From positions 5,155,386 through 5,219,385 of the forward strand of contig NZ_VFPP01000001.1 in NCBI RefSeq assembly GCF_006716745.1: a stretch of DNA of 64,000 bases, read 5' to 3'. Below are positions 35,901-44,482 of the stretch, piece after piece. The notes below the pieces were generated by a model, which did not search any database, was not told the DNA's origin, and saw only the letters and a list, made by a program, of their open reading frames with translations. The translations under genes were made by a program, and so were the position numbers. Position 1 is the first letter of the stretch. Every line of letters begins with the position of its first letter. The DNA is from Saccharothrix saharensis. GTDB lineage: Bacteria > Actinomycetota > Actinomycetes > Mycobacteriales > Pseudonocardiaceae.

Positions 35901-37870
35901 TGGACGAGGGTTACGAGCGCGGCGTGCACGACCACGACGCGGCACGCATCCTCGACGTCCTGCTGCGGGTGCACGCGGGCGCGGGGGTGCTGCGGTACCC
36001 GCCCTCGGCGCGGGCGGCGGCGCAGCTGTTCTGGGCTTCGGCCGACGAGGACGTGCGGGCGGTGCTCGAACGGCGCGCGGTGTCGTTGGGGCGGGCACGG
36101 GCGGCGTTCGGGCACACGACGGCCATCGACGAGCTGTGCGCGGAGCTGGCCGAGGCGGCCGGTGACCCGTTGGCGGGCGAGTACCTGTTCGAGGAGCTGT
36201 GCGGCGCCCCGTCCGGGTTCGCCACGAGCGCCGGGGCGCGTGCCCTGGTGGACGCGTTCCACCGCGCGCTGGGCGGGCGGAAGGAGTTCGACGACGACCT
36301 GCGCGCGGTGGCGGACCCGTCCTCGCGGCGCCGGTTGGTGGAGGGCTGGTACGAGGCGTTCCTGACCGGCTCGCCCGACCGGGACCGGTACCTGCCGGAC
36401 CTGCCGGAGGCGGTGGCGCTGGAGCTGTGCCGCGACCTGCCGCGGCACGAGTCCTCGGCCCAGCTCACGGCGACCGTGGACGGCCTGCTCGGCACGCACC
36501 CGCGCGTCGTCGACCGGTCGTTGGCGTTCCGGCTGGACGAGCTGCTGGCCCGCACGCGGGCGTTCCGCGAGCAGCGCGTGCCCGCCTACCGGGCCTACCA
36601 GCGGCGGCGCAACGAGGTCGTGGCCGCCGAACGGGCGCGGCTGCGGCTGGACGAGTACCAGCCGAAGGTGATGAGCGCGTTCGTGCGCAACCGGCTGCTG
36701 GACGAGGTGTACCTGCCGCTGATCGGCGACAACCTGGCCAAGCAGCTCGGCGCGGCGGGTGACGGCAAGCGCACCGACCAGATGGGCCTGCTGCTGCTCA
36801 TCTCACCGCCCGGCTACGGCAAGACCACGCTGATGGAGTACGTGGCCAACCGGCTCGGCCTGGTGTTCGTCAAGGTCAACGGCCCGTCGCTGGGCCACGA
36901 GGTGACGTCGGTCGACCCGGCGGACGCGCCGAACGCCACCGCGCGGCAGGAGGTCGAGAAGATCTCGTTCGCGCTGGAGGCGGGCAACAACGTGCTGCTG
37001 TACCTGGACGACATCCAGCACACGTCGCCGGAGCTGCTCCAGAAGTTCATCTCGCTGTGCGACGCGCAGCGGCGGATGGAAGGCGTGTGGGACGGCGGCA
37101 CGCGCACCTACGACCTGCGCGGCAAGCGGTTCGCGGTGTGCATGGCCGGCAACCCCTACACCGAGACGGGGCAGCGCTTCCGCATCCCCGACATGCTCGC
37201 CAACCGCGCCGACGTGTGGAACCTGGGCGACGTGCTGTCCGGGCGCGAAGAGCTGTTCGCGTTGAGCTACGTCGAGAACGCGCTCACGTCCAACCCGGTG
37301 CTGGCGCCGCTGTCCACCCGCGACCGCGGCGACGTGGAGCTGCTCGTGCGGATGGCGCGCGGCGAGGACGTGCGGGCCGACCGGCTCGCGCACCCGTACT
37401 CGCCGGTGGAGCTGGAGCAGGTGCTGTCCGTGCTGCGCAAGCTGGTGCGGGTGCAGGAGGTCGTGCTGGCGAACAACCAGGCGTACATCGCCTCGGCCGC
37501 CCAGTCCGACGCGTCGCGCGTCGAGCCGCCGTTCAGGTTGCAGGGCTCCTACCGGAACATGAACAAGCTGGCGGAGAAGGTGGTGCCGGTGATGGACGAC
37601 GCGGAGCTGGCGGCGGTGATCGACGACCACTACGCGGGCGAGGCGCAGACCCTGACCTCCGGCGCGGAGGCGAACCTGCTGAAGCTGGCCGAGTTGCGCG
37701 GCACGCTGACCGAGGAGCAGGCCGCGCGGTGGGCCGCGGTGAAGGCCGCCTACGTCCGGGCCCAGGCTCTCGGCGGCGCGGACGACGACCCGACGTCCCG
37801 CACGGTCGGCGCGCTGTCCCTGCTCACCGACCGGGTGGGGTCGGCGCTGGACCGCCTGGCCGACCGCTGA
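32996..37870 (+). CDS. 1624-aa multidomain protein with C-terminal MoxR/dynein-like AAA+ ATPase module; N-terminal ~1250 aa uncharacterised
   Basis: GTG start overlapping the flotillin stop (GTGA). Walker A LISPPGYGKTT, Walker B VLLYLDDIQH, sensor-1 AVCMAGNP. A predicted beta-rich N-region and a long helical middle region. Confidence 0.7.
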   Translation: MTAAVEPSGAALEAGTYEVLRARLAEQAAGLARRAEALNARRLEAFGSAELTLLGTERIRTEHNCVPRDCVSLSVAEGRGSPVAGLMLFGYNVFIGLKPETTVDDVFSLHRFARDGDAFRFEDAADDELPGLLRDPRFERDFAELYRYYRDTRLIQLRRVEGRLLAVFQTGARIGDIRVLRWRVGVDGAVEYLDNRGERDHVFPPSHDFEWVVTGREHHVLGRHPHISIEDEVFVETIGGDLTIKVEDNTETGEGVYTEPVDEPLQSLADGDVQYARVGSLILLRIRPYNETAWRHLVFNTRTRSVVRLDGIGQACQRLPEDQGLIFPGGYYLATGVSKTFDTPVDELEFERVIRSTNGEDVLYVFHARRDGRSLLLPYNVIRKEVANPLSCHGYSLFDDGTLVVFRAMSDEPTRVHPMQVWQTPYLSDAYAAAQPAGTGPLARVGNADLVRGISDCLSVTRVVGEMAPSVAVFEDLIASCTRVFDAYHWLGDPELEDLRAPLTQVRATAEQVLDEFETVQALTDQAAAAVVEADERIASLVRRVRGEVPRTADAWVRQLADLRQAQGHLVTLREMRYADVARIDSLTASLREELGGTAQRAVEHLRRDDAFAGYHEQVEALVGKADAIGTVAEAEPVVAELAEQQRGLEVLTEVVGSLDIADATVRTSILERIGEVLGGLNRARATVDGRRRALAATEGRAEFAAEFALLGQAITAALAVADTPQRCDEQLGRLLLQVENLESRFGEFDDFLARLGGKRTDVYEAFSSRKQALLDDRARRADRLSSSADRILASVTRRVASLASVDEVNTYFASDPMVGKLRSVADELRSLGDQVRAEELDGRVLAARQEAGRALRDRLDLFDGDTIRLGRHRFAVNTQPVDLTLVPKDGALSFAITGTDFRSPVRDPAFADTKPFWDQLLVSETAEVYRAEHLATSILATHPVDALHVAVTEERLPGLVRQVAESRLDEGYERGVHDHDAARILDVLLRVHAGAGVLRYPPSARAAAQLFWASADEDVRAVLERRAVSLGRARAAFGHTTAIDELCAELAEAAGDPLAGEYLFEELCGAPSGFATSAGARALVDAFHRALGGRKEFDDDLRAVADPSSRRRLVEGWYEAFLTGSPDRDRYLPDLPEAVALELCRDLPRHESSAQLTATVDGLLGTHPRVVDRSLAFRLDELLARTRAFREQRVPAYRAYQRRRNEVVAAERARLRLDEYQPKVMSAFVRNRLLDEVYLPLIGDNLAKQLGAAGDGKRTDQMGLLLLISPPGYGKTTLMEYVANRLGLVFVKVNGPSLGHEVTSVDPADAPNATARQEVEKISFALEAGNNVLLYLDDIQHTSPELLQKFISLCDAQRRMEGVWDGGTRTYDLRGKRFAVCMAGNPYTETGQRFRIPDMLANRADVWNLGDVLSGREELFALSYVENALTSNPVLAPLSTRDRGDVELLVRMARGEDVRADRLAHPYSPVELEQVLSVLRKLVRVQEVVLANNQAYIASAAQSDASRVEPPFRLQGSYRNMNKLAEKVVPVMDDAELAAVIDDHYAGEAQTLTSGAEANLLKLAELRGTLTEEQAARWAAVKAAYVRAQALGGADDDPTSRTVGALSLLTDRVGSALDRLADR

Positions 37871-37880
37871 CCGCCGGCCG

Positions 37881-38399
37881 TCAGTCGGCCCGTTCGCAGG
37901 CGATGCCGTCGCCGTCGCGGTCGAGGTGGTGGCGGTCCCAGCCGACCACCTCGACGCGCGTGGTGCCCTGCTCGTTCAGCCAGTCGCACAGCCGCCGCAC
38001 GCCGCGCGGGAACCGCCAGGGCACGCACGGCCCCTCGGTCAGGTACGAGCGGTCGCAGTCCTCGCCCCACGACGGGCTCGTGGACGGGGTGCTCTCCGGG
38101 GCGCTCGACGACGGGGGCGGCTCGGTCGTGGTCGTCGTCACGGCGACTTCGGTGGTGGTGACCGGCGGCGTGGGCCGGGGCGCGGGCGGCAGGACGACCA
38201 CGGGCACGGTCGTCGGCCGCGCGACTTCCAGGGTGGTGGTGTAGGTGGCGCTGAGCACGCCGGGTTCCACCGGGCTCTGCTGCACCTGCCGCACGTCGAC
38301 CGGGCGCGGCTCGTCCACCGTGATCGCCAGCGCCACGAGCGTGCCGGTCGCCAGTAACAGCACCACTCCGGCGAACGCGACACTCCTGCCACTGCTCAT
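37881..38399 (-). CDS. secreted Excalibur calcium-binding domain protein
   Basis: Signal/TM sequence, Pro/Thr-rich linker, C-terminal DRDGDGIACE motif. Confidence 0.6.
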   Translation of the reverse strand: MSSGRSVAFAGVVLLLATGTLVALAITVDEPRPVDVRQVQQSPVEPGVLSATYTTTLEVARPTTVPVVVLPPAPRPTPPVTTTEVAVTTTTTEPPPSSSAPESTPSTSPSWGEDCDRSYLTEGPCVPWRFPRGVRRLCDWLNEQGTTRVEVVGWDRHHLDRDGDGIACERAD

Positions 38400-38524
38400 C
38401 CCAGCACCCGCTCCGAGGCTCCAAGCTGTCACGTGGAATCGCTCGTGCCGCGGGAGGCGTTACGCCCCAGTCGTTCCGGCAGGTCGCGGGGGGTGACGAG
38501 AACCGCACCACGTGACACGATCGG

Positions 38525-39367
38525 GTGGTGGACGTCGGGTTGCTCGGACCGGGAACCGTCACGTGGCAGCTGCACGCCGATCCCGCCATGTGGGTCGCCG
38601 GCATCGCGAGCCTCTACCTCCAGGCGCTGCACCCCCGCGCGGTCGCCGCCGTGGTGCAGAACTCCACCTTCCAGCAGGACCCGCTGGGCCGGTTGCTGCG
38701 CACCGCGGACTTCGTCGGCACGGTCAGCTACGGCTCCACCGACGAGGTCGAACGAGCCGCCGCACGCGTCCGCGGCGTGCACCGCACCCTGCGCGCCAAG
38801 GACTCGACGACGGGCCGCGGCTTCCGCATCGACGACCCGGAACTGCTGCTGTGGGTGCACTGCGCCGAGGTCCACTCCTTCCTCACCGTGCTGCGCCGCG
38901 CCGGCTACCGCCTCACCGACGCCCAGGTCGACCGCTACTACGCCGAGCAGCGCCGCACCGCCGCCCTCGTCGGCCTGCACGCCGACGAGGTGCCCGGCAG
39001 CGCCGCCGAGGTGGCCGACTACTTCGCCGCCGTGCTCCCGGAGCTCAAGCGCACCGCGGACTCCGAGGTCGTGTACCGGTTCCTGCACCGCCCGCCCGTG
39101 ACCGGCCTGCTGCGCCTCGGCCTGGACGCCTACGAGCCGCTGCTCGGCCACCTCGCGTACTCCGTGCTGCCCGAGTGGGCCATCGCCCTGCACGGCCACC
39201 GGCCCTACCCGGAACCCGCCGCCACCGCACTGCTGCGCGCCGTCCGCGCCGCCGCGCTGCTGGTGCCCGCGCCGATCCGCTGGGGCGTGCCCGAAGGCCA
39301 CGTGAACAAGGCGATACGGCGACTCGGCCTGCGGGTGGCGCCCAGGCGAGCACTCCTGCCGTCCTAG
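38525..39367 (+). CDS. DUF2236 / MpaB-like oxygenase family protein
   Basis: 280 aa with conserved [13 protein letters not shown] core typical of the ER-bound-oxygenase/rubber-oxygenase-like family. Confidence 0.5.
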   Translation: MVDVGLLGPGTVTWQLHADPAMWVAGIASLYLQALHPRAVAAVVQNSTFQQDPLGRLLRTADFVGTVSYGSTDEVERAAARVRGVHRTLRAKDSTTGRGFRIDDPELLLWVHCAEVHSFLTVLRRAGYRLTDAQVDRYYAEQRRTAALVGLHADEVPGSAAEVADYFAAVLPELKRTADSEVVYRFLHRPPVTGLLRLGLDAYEPLLGHLAYSVLPEWAIALHGHRPYPEPAATALLRAVRAAALLVPAPIRWGVPEGHVNKAIRRLGLRVAPRRALLPS

Positions 39368-39534
39368 GGCGGAGTCGGCGGACTCACAGCCGCCACTGCT
39401 CCGAACGGCGCAGTGGAGTGGACCACTGCGACCTTTATCGCACTTGGAGGAACGCTCGGTTTGCTTAGCATGGCCAACGTCCGGCGCGCCGACCCGCGCC
39501 GACGTCCCCGAGCACCCCGAGAGGTTCGCACCTC

Positions 39535-40362
39535 ATGCTGTTCCGACGACTGCTGCCCGCGACCGCGCTGGCCGCGGCCCTGTCCCTGACCGCCGCCTGC
39601 GGCGGCGCGAGCGACGACACCCTCGCCGGCAAGGCCGACGACGGCGAGCTGACCATCGGCATCCGGTTCGACCAACCGGGCCTGGGCCAGCGCCGCCTCG
39701 ACGGCAAGTACGTCGGCTTCGACGTGGACGTGGCCAAGTACGTGGCCGCCCAGCTCGGCGTCGACGAGAAGGGCATCACCTGGCGCGAAGCCCGTTCCGC
39801 CGACCGCGAGAAGCTGCTCGCCTCCGGCGAGGTGGACTTCGTCGTCGCCACCTACTCGATCACCGACAAGCGCAAGGAGCAGGTCGCCTTCGCCGGGCCG
39901 TACTTCGAGACCGGCCAGGGCGTGCTCGTCCGCTTCACCGAGGACGACATCACCGGCCCGGAGACGTTGAACGGCAAGAAGCTGTGCTCGGTCACCGGTT
40001 CCACCTCGGCGCAGAAGGTGAAGGACCAGTTCGCCCAGGACGTGCAGCTCGTCGAGTACGGCCAGTACTCCGACTGCGTCATCGCGCTGCTCGCGGGCAA
40101 CGTCGACGCGGTGACCACCGACGAGGTGATCCTCGCCGGGTACGTGGCCGAGAACCCCGAGCTGCTCAAGCTGGTCGGCACGCCGTTCACCACCGAGCGG
40201 TACGGCATCGGCCTGCCCAAGGAGGACGCCGCGGGCCGGGCGGTGGTCAGCTCGGCCATCGAGAAGATGGTCGGCTCCGGCGAGTGGCGGTCCGCGCTGG
40301 AGCGCAACATCGGCCAGGCCGGCGTGGAACTCCCGGAACCACCCAAGGTGACGGAGAAGTAG
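39535..40362 (+). CDS. amino-acid ABC transporter substrate-binding lipoprotein (family 3, glutamate/glutamine-binding like)
   Basis: Lipobox LTAACGG. SBP_bac_3 motifs ([24 protein letters not shown]). No permease or ATPase adjacent. Confidence 0.75.
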   Translation: MLFRRLLPATALAAALSLTAACGGASDDTLAGKADDGELTIGIRFDQPGLGQRRLDGKYVGFDVDVAKYVAAQLGVDEKGITWREARSADREKLLASGEVDFVVATYSITDKRKEQVAFAGPYFETGQGVLVRFTEDDITGPETLNGKKLCSVTGSTSAQKVKDQFAQDVQLVEYGQYSDCVIALLAGNVDAVTTDEVILAGYVAENPELLKLVGTPFTTERYGIGLPKEDAAGRAVVSSAIEKMVGSGEWRSALERNIGQAGVELPEPPKVTEK

Positions 40363-40574
40363 CTGTCCGGTGGACCAATGACTTCGGGGGTGTAGTGCTG
40401 GGCGTCACCAACCGATACGCTCAGCCACGCAGGCCGTGGTTTCTGTGTTCGTGTCTCACGCTCGCGGAACGACACGCGGGCGTGCCGTCCCCACCCCAGC
40501 GGTGGGGGAAACGCCCCGGGACGGCCGGGGCTGCACGGTGCAGCCCCAAGCTTTCCTGCGATGGAGGCAGGTAC

Positions 40575-40778
40575 ATGGCACTGGGCACTGTCAAGTGGTT
40601 CAACTCCGAGAAGGGCTTCGGCTTCATCGCCCAGGAGAACGGCGGGCCGGACGTCTTCGTGCACTACTCGGAGATCCAGGGCCAGGGATTCCGCACCCTG
40701 GAGGAGAACCAGCGGGTCGAGTTCGAGATCGGCCAGGGCACCAAGGGTCCGCAGGCCCAGAACGTGCGCAAGGTCTGA
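40575..40778 (+). CDS. cspA: cold-shock protein CspA family
   Basis: 67 aa; [12 protein letters not shown] and VFVHYS RNP motifs. Long structured 5' leader (40380-40574). Confidence 0.9.
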   Translation: MALGTVKWFNSEKGFGFIAQENGGPDVFVHYSEIQGQGFRTLEENQRVEFEIGQGTKGPQAQNVRKV

Positions 40779-40903
40779 TCACGGCCGGTCGTCACAACTG
40801 CACGTCTCGGCGATCACGAAGCGGGCCCCCGACCGGGATGGTCGGGGGCCCGCTCGCGCTTCGGGTTCGGGCCCGGCTTCGGGGCCGGGGCGGTGCGGGT
40901 GGG

Positions 40904-41278
40904 CTAGAAGCCGCGCTGGCGGGCTTCCCACTCCAGTCGCTGCATGACCCACTCGGTGGCCAGCGCCTGGGGTGACGTCTGCCGCTCGGCGGCCAGCTCC
41001 TTCAGCTGCTCGTTCGCCATCAGCTGGAGGCGGAGCTGGTAGACCTGCGCGTTGCCGAAGCTGGTGCCGGCCGTCGTCTCCGCGGCCGTCGTCTCCGGGG
41101 CGAGGGCGGCCAGGTAGGACTCCAGCTCCTCGTCGGGCAACGGTTCTTCCACTTCGCGCGAGGGCGGGCGATGCCGGCCGGACTTCGACCGTCCAAGGGA
41201 TCCAAGAGGCACGGCGACACGATAACGGTTGGATTGCGGAGGCGGCCGAAGTGTGGCCTGGGTCACAGATGTGTGCAT
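40904..41278 (-). CDS. hypothetical protein, possible ribbon-helix-helix C-terminus
   Basis: C-terminal YQLRLQLMANEQLKELAAERQTSPQALATEWVMQRL looks like a beta-strand plus two helices. Start uncertain. Confidence 0.25.
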   Translation of the reverse strand: MHTSVTQATLRPPPQSNRYRVAVPLGSLGRSKSGRHRPPSREVEEPLPDEELESYLAALAPETTAAETTAGTSFGNAQVYQLRLQLMANEQLKELAAERQTSPQALATEWVMQRLEWEARQRGF

Positions 41279-41455
41279 GGAGAGGCCCCCGCGCCAGGGG
41301 GAGGAACGCGGGGGCCGGAGGGGATCTCCACAGGCGCTGACCGGGGGTGTGTCAGCAATTCGGATTCTTGCACGCGCACGTGGACCTGGGGAGTGGGTTG
41401 ACCCGAAATCTTCAGGTAGTCGACGGCGCCGACCCGTTCCGGTGCGCCGGTGGAG

Positions 41456-41929
41456 CTACCCCTGAGGGGTGTGCGGCTCGTCGGGCGGCGTCTCCAGGTC
41501 GGTGATCTCGCCCTCCAGTCGCTGCACCAGGTCCTCCAAGCCCGCGAGCATCCCGTCGAGCTGGCTCATCTTGTCGCTCATCAGCCGGTCGATGTCCGCT
41601 TCGATCGCCGACAGCGACAGGCTGCCGAACAACTCCTGCGGGTTCGCCGCGGCGGACCCGGGTCCACCGGCGGCCGGGCTCCCGGCCGCCGGTGCGCCGT
41701 CGGCCTCGGTGTCCGGCTGGGCGGCGTCGGCCTCGGCGGTCCCCGGCTCGGCGTCGGTCGGCTCGGCGGCGGCCGGCTCGGGCACGGCCCGCTCGGCGGG
41801 ATCGGGTTCGGGCTCGCGCGCCGGCGGTGGCGTCGTGGTCGCGCCGTCCGCCGCCGCTGGTTCCGGCGTCTGCCCCGGTACCGGTTCGGTCATGGGTTGC
41901 ACCCTCCTCGTTCGCGACAAGCACATCAC
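41456..41929 (-). CDS. hypothetical acidic Pro/Ala/Glu-rich protein with C-terminal coiled-coil segment
   Basis: ORF with codon bias typical of the genome. Likely starts at the internal MTEPVPG. Confidence 0.3.
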   Translation of the reverse strand: MMCLSRTRRVQPMTEPVPGQTPEPAAADGATTTPPPAREPEPDPAERAVPEPAAAEPTDAEPGTAEADAAQPDTEADGAPAAGSPAAGGPGSAAANPQELFGSLSLSAIEADIDRLMSDKMSQLDGMLAGLEDLVQRLEGEITDLETPPDEPHTPQG

Positions 41930-42590
41930 GCGACGCTTGACACCAAGTGGCCTACACGGAAAGTGACGCTCTGTTGTGCCTGAATCACTCTCCGGGGGGC
42001 TGCTGCGGTTCGATGGGCTCGCTTAGCCTCACGCCAACCTCAAGTCGGGGAGGCGTCATGAGCGGGTCCCTTGAAGTGCGTCAGTTCCTGTGGAACCAGG
42101 ACGACACGATGTCCAGGCCGGGCGGCGGTGGGGTGCCCGCCCAGCGCACCGGTGAGCCGTCGCGGATCTCGGACGAGCAGGTGCACCGGGCTCGGTTGTC
42201 GGTGGCGCGCGGTGCCACCAGTGCCGAGGACTGCCGGTTGCTGCTCGACATGCTCGGGCTGTCACCGGGTGAGGACGGGGGCGTGCCGCCGGTGCAGCGG
42301 TAGGACGTCACGGGTCACGGCCCCTCCGGGACGGCTCGATCCGGAGGGGCCGTCCTGTCGCGGTGGCACGGCGGTCCGCCACGAGCGGTGGCGGCGGGCC
42401 GAGCGGTCGACCGACGAGCGGTTCGGCGACGCGCGCGCCGTGCCGACCGGGCTGGAATCGCAGGTCAACACCTTGTTCGACCCCCGTTTTGGAAGTGTGG
42501 TGCCTCGTGCCCTATGCTTACGATGCTTCCACCGGACAGCGTGGAGGGCCTGGGAAAGAAGGTGGCCCAAGGGCTGCCGGAGGAAACCAG

Positions 42591-42663
42591 GTCCCCATCG
42601 TCTAGCGGCCTAGGACCCCGCCCTTTCAAGGCGGTAGCGCGGGTTCGAATCCCGTTGGGGGCA
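42591..42663 (+). tRNA. tRNA-Glu (anticodon UUC)
   Basis: Acceptor GTCCCCA/TGGGGGC; anticodon stem-loop CCGCC-CTTTCAA-GGCGG; T-arm GCGGGTTCGAATCCCGT. Confidence 0.85.
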
Positions 42664-42699
42664 CGTAGTACAGTGAGACAGCAAGGCAGAAGTGAGCAA

Positions 42700-42773
42700 G
42701 GCCCAGTGGCGCAGTTGGTTAGCGCGTCGCCCTGTCACGGCGAAGGTCGCGGGTTCGAGTCCCGTCTGGGTCG
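42700..42773 (+). tRNA. tRNA-Asp (anticodon GUC)
   Basis: GGCCCAGTGGCGCAGTTGGTTAGCGCG-TCGCC-CTGTCAC-GGCGA-AGGTC-GCGGGTTCGAGTCCCGT-CTGGGTCG. Confidence 0.85.
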
Positions 42774-42808
42774 CAAGGCAGTTCGGCCGGTTGGTCGAGC
42801 CGCTACCT

Positions 42809-42885
42809 GGCCAGGTAGCTCAGTTGGTACGAGCGACCGCCTGAAAAGCGGTAGGTCGGCGGTTCGACCCCGCCCCTGGCCACCA
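42809..42885 (+). tRNA. tRNA-Phe (anticodon GAA), CCA encoded
   Basis: GGCCAGGTAGCTCAGTTGGTACGAGCG-ACCGC-CTGAAAA-GCGGT-AGGTC-GGCGGTTCGACCCCGCC-CCTGGCCACCA. Confidence 0.85.
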
Positions 42886-42894
42886 GATCGCTCG

Positions 42895-42928
42895 AAAAAG
42901 CCCCTCCCATTGCCGGGAGGGGCTTTTT
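42895..42928. terminator. bidirectional rho-independent terminator (14-bp GC stem flanked by A5 and T5)
   Basis: aaaaagcccctccc-attgcc-gggaggggcttttt, between the tRNA cluster (+) and the convergent PP2C-like gene (-). Confidence 0.6.
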
Positions 42929-43671
42929 CATTTCGCGGCGGCGAATCGGATGACCGCCAGCGCTTGATCGTCGTGCACTTTCGGCCGCGGCCACTTCGCA
43001 CGACCACCGTCAGCCTCTTCGGCCGCGCGGATCTCGTCCAGCACGGCTTCCGGACCTTTTTCCGACGTGATGTCCAACACGGTTTGCCAGTCCGCGAACA
43101 AGCCGTAGTCGTCCACGCCGCAGGACACGCCGTCGGTCGCCATCAGCACGGCCCGGACCCGGTGGCGCGGCCAGCTCGCCCGCACCGCCCGGTGCGCGGC
43201 GGCCGGCTCCGCCTCCGCCACCCACCAGCCGTGCTCGCGGTTGCGCCAGTCCGTGATCCGGTCGACCCGGCCGCGCAGGTCCCGCAACCGGTTGTCGGCG
43301 ACGACCTCCGCGCCGTCCCGGGTGAACACCACGACCGGGCTGTCCGCCAGCACCAGGACGTCGACCGCGGTGTCGGTCCAGCGCGTGATCGCGACCGTGC
43401 TCGACGGCGAGTCGCCCGGCGTCAGGCCGTGCCGGGCGGCCAGCCGGGCGATGGCCCGCGCGAGGTCGTCGGCCAGGTCGCCGTCCAGGTCGGTCAGCTC
43501 CTCGGCGAGGTGGCGGGAGTGCCAGCCGCCGTCGCGTTCCCGCGGGGTCGGCGAGGTGGCGCCGTCCAGCAGCACCACGGCGTTCGGCAGGACTACGACG
43601 CGGTCCTCGGTGGGGCGCGGCAGGCCGTCGCGGCCCACCCCGGCCCGTTCGGCGGTGGTGATCTCCGGCAT
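42928..43671 (-). CDS. PP2C/SpoIIE-like phosphatase-domain protein (tentative)
   Basis: Start at the internal MPEITTAERAG. Motifs VVLLDGATS and VLMATDGVSCGVDD resemble PP2C metal-binding segments. Confidence 0.4.
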   Translation of the reverse strand: MPEITTAERAGVGRDGLPRPTEDRVVVLPNAVVLLDGATSPTPRERDGGWHSRHLAEELTDLDGDLADDLARAIARLAARHGLTPGDSPSSTVAITRWTDTAVDVLVLADSPVVVFTRDGAEVVADNRLRDLRGRVDRITDWRNREHGWWVAEAEPAAAHRAVRASWPRHRVRAVLMATDGVSCGVDDYGLFADWQTVLDITSEKGPEAVLDEIRAAEEADGGRAKWPRPKVHDDQALAVIRFAAAK

Positions 43672-43689
43672 CACGGCCGAGCCTAGTGC

Positions 43690-43733
43690 GTCAACTTGGG
43701 TTGACAACCGGGCGTGTGTCAACCAAAGTTGAC
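43690..43733. promoter_or_regulatory. twin inverted repeats GTCAAC-N4-GTTGAC (43690-43705, 43718-43733) in a divergent intergenic region
   Basis: Two 16-bp palindromic sites 12 bp apart, between the PP2C-like gene (-) and the small HTH gene (+). Confidence 0.45.
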
Positions 43734-43736
43734 GGC

Positions 43737-43949
43737 ATGACGGAGGCAACCGAGCTCGCCTCGGCGGCGGGCGACCAGGACCCCAGGGTCGGGCTGCGGG
43801 CGGTGAGCGCACTGCGCCGACTGCTGGAAACGCTCGAAACCGTGCAGGTGCGCAACGCCCGTGCCCGCGGCTGGTCATGGCAGGAGATCGCGGCCGAACT
43901 CGGGGTCACCCGACAGGCCGTCCACAAGAAGCACGGGGGAGACCGATGA
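43737..43949 (+). CDS. small helix-turn-helix protein
   Basis: 70 aa; C-terminal ..ARGWSWQEIAAELGVTRQAVHKKH is a classic HTH. The stop overlaps the next gene. Confidence 0.45.
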   Translation: MTEATELASAAGDQDPRVGLRAVSALRRLLETLETVQVRNARARGWSWQEIAAELGVTRQAVHKKHGGDR

Positions 43950-44482
43950 TCGGGGAACGGTTCACCAGGGCGGCCCGCCAAGCCGTCCACGAAGCCGTCG
44001 TGCAGGCCGAACGCCTCGACGCGCCGGAGATCGGGCCCGAGCACCTGGCGCTGGCCCTGCTCGACGCGCCGGTGCTGGCCGAGTTCGAGCTGGCGCGCGA
44101 CGAGGTCGTCGACGCGTTCGCCGCCGCCCGGCGCAAGGGCGGCCTCAGCGACGCCGACACCGAAGCGCTGCGGCGGCTCGGCATCGACGTCGACGAGATC
44201 GTGGCGTCGGTCGAGCGCACGCACGGCGAAGGCGCGCTGGCCGGTGCGCCGATCCGGCGCCGCCGGCGGTTCTTCGGCAACCACCTGCCGTTCACCGCGG
44301 CGGCGAAGAAGACGCTGGAGCGCAGCCTGGTCGAAGCACGCGACCTGGGCCACGGCTCGCTCGGCCAGGAGCACCTGCTGTTGGCGCTGCTGGCCGAGCG
44401 CGGGTTGGTGGCCGAGGTGCTGGGCGCGCGGGGCGTGAGCTACGTGGAGGTCAGGAAGCGGGTCGCTCGCTCACCCAGGTGA
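43946..44482 (+). CDS. Clp amino-terminal (ClpN repeat) domain protein
   Basis: Two Clp_N repeats (EHLALALL.., EHLLLALLAERG). 178 aa, no AAA domain. Confidence 0.65.
   Translation: MIGERFTRAARQAVHEAVVQAERLDAPEIGPEHLALALLDAPVLAEFELARDEVVDAFAAARRKGGLSDADTEALRRLGIDVDEIVASVERTHGEGALAGAPIRRRRRFFGNHLPFTAAAKKTLERSLVEARDLGHGSLGQEHLLLALLAERGLVAEVLGARGVSYVEVRKRVARSPR

Noticed and set aside
31541-36499. 1652-aa antisense ORF and the 846-aa alternate-frame ORF 33625-36165 over the giant AAA gene
   Set aside because: GC-driven. The sense frame contains clean Walker A/B motifs and a coupled start.
39444-40778. 444-aa ORF 39444-40778(+)
   Set aside because: It is a frame extension upstream of the 67-aa cold-shock gene and overlaps the SBP gene in another frame. 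Only 40575-40778 carries CspA motifs.
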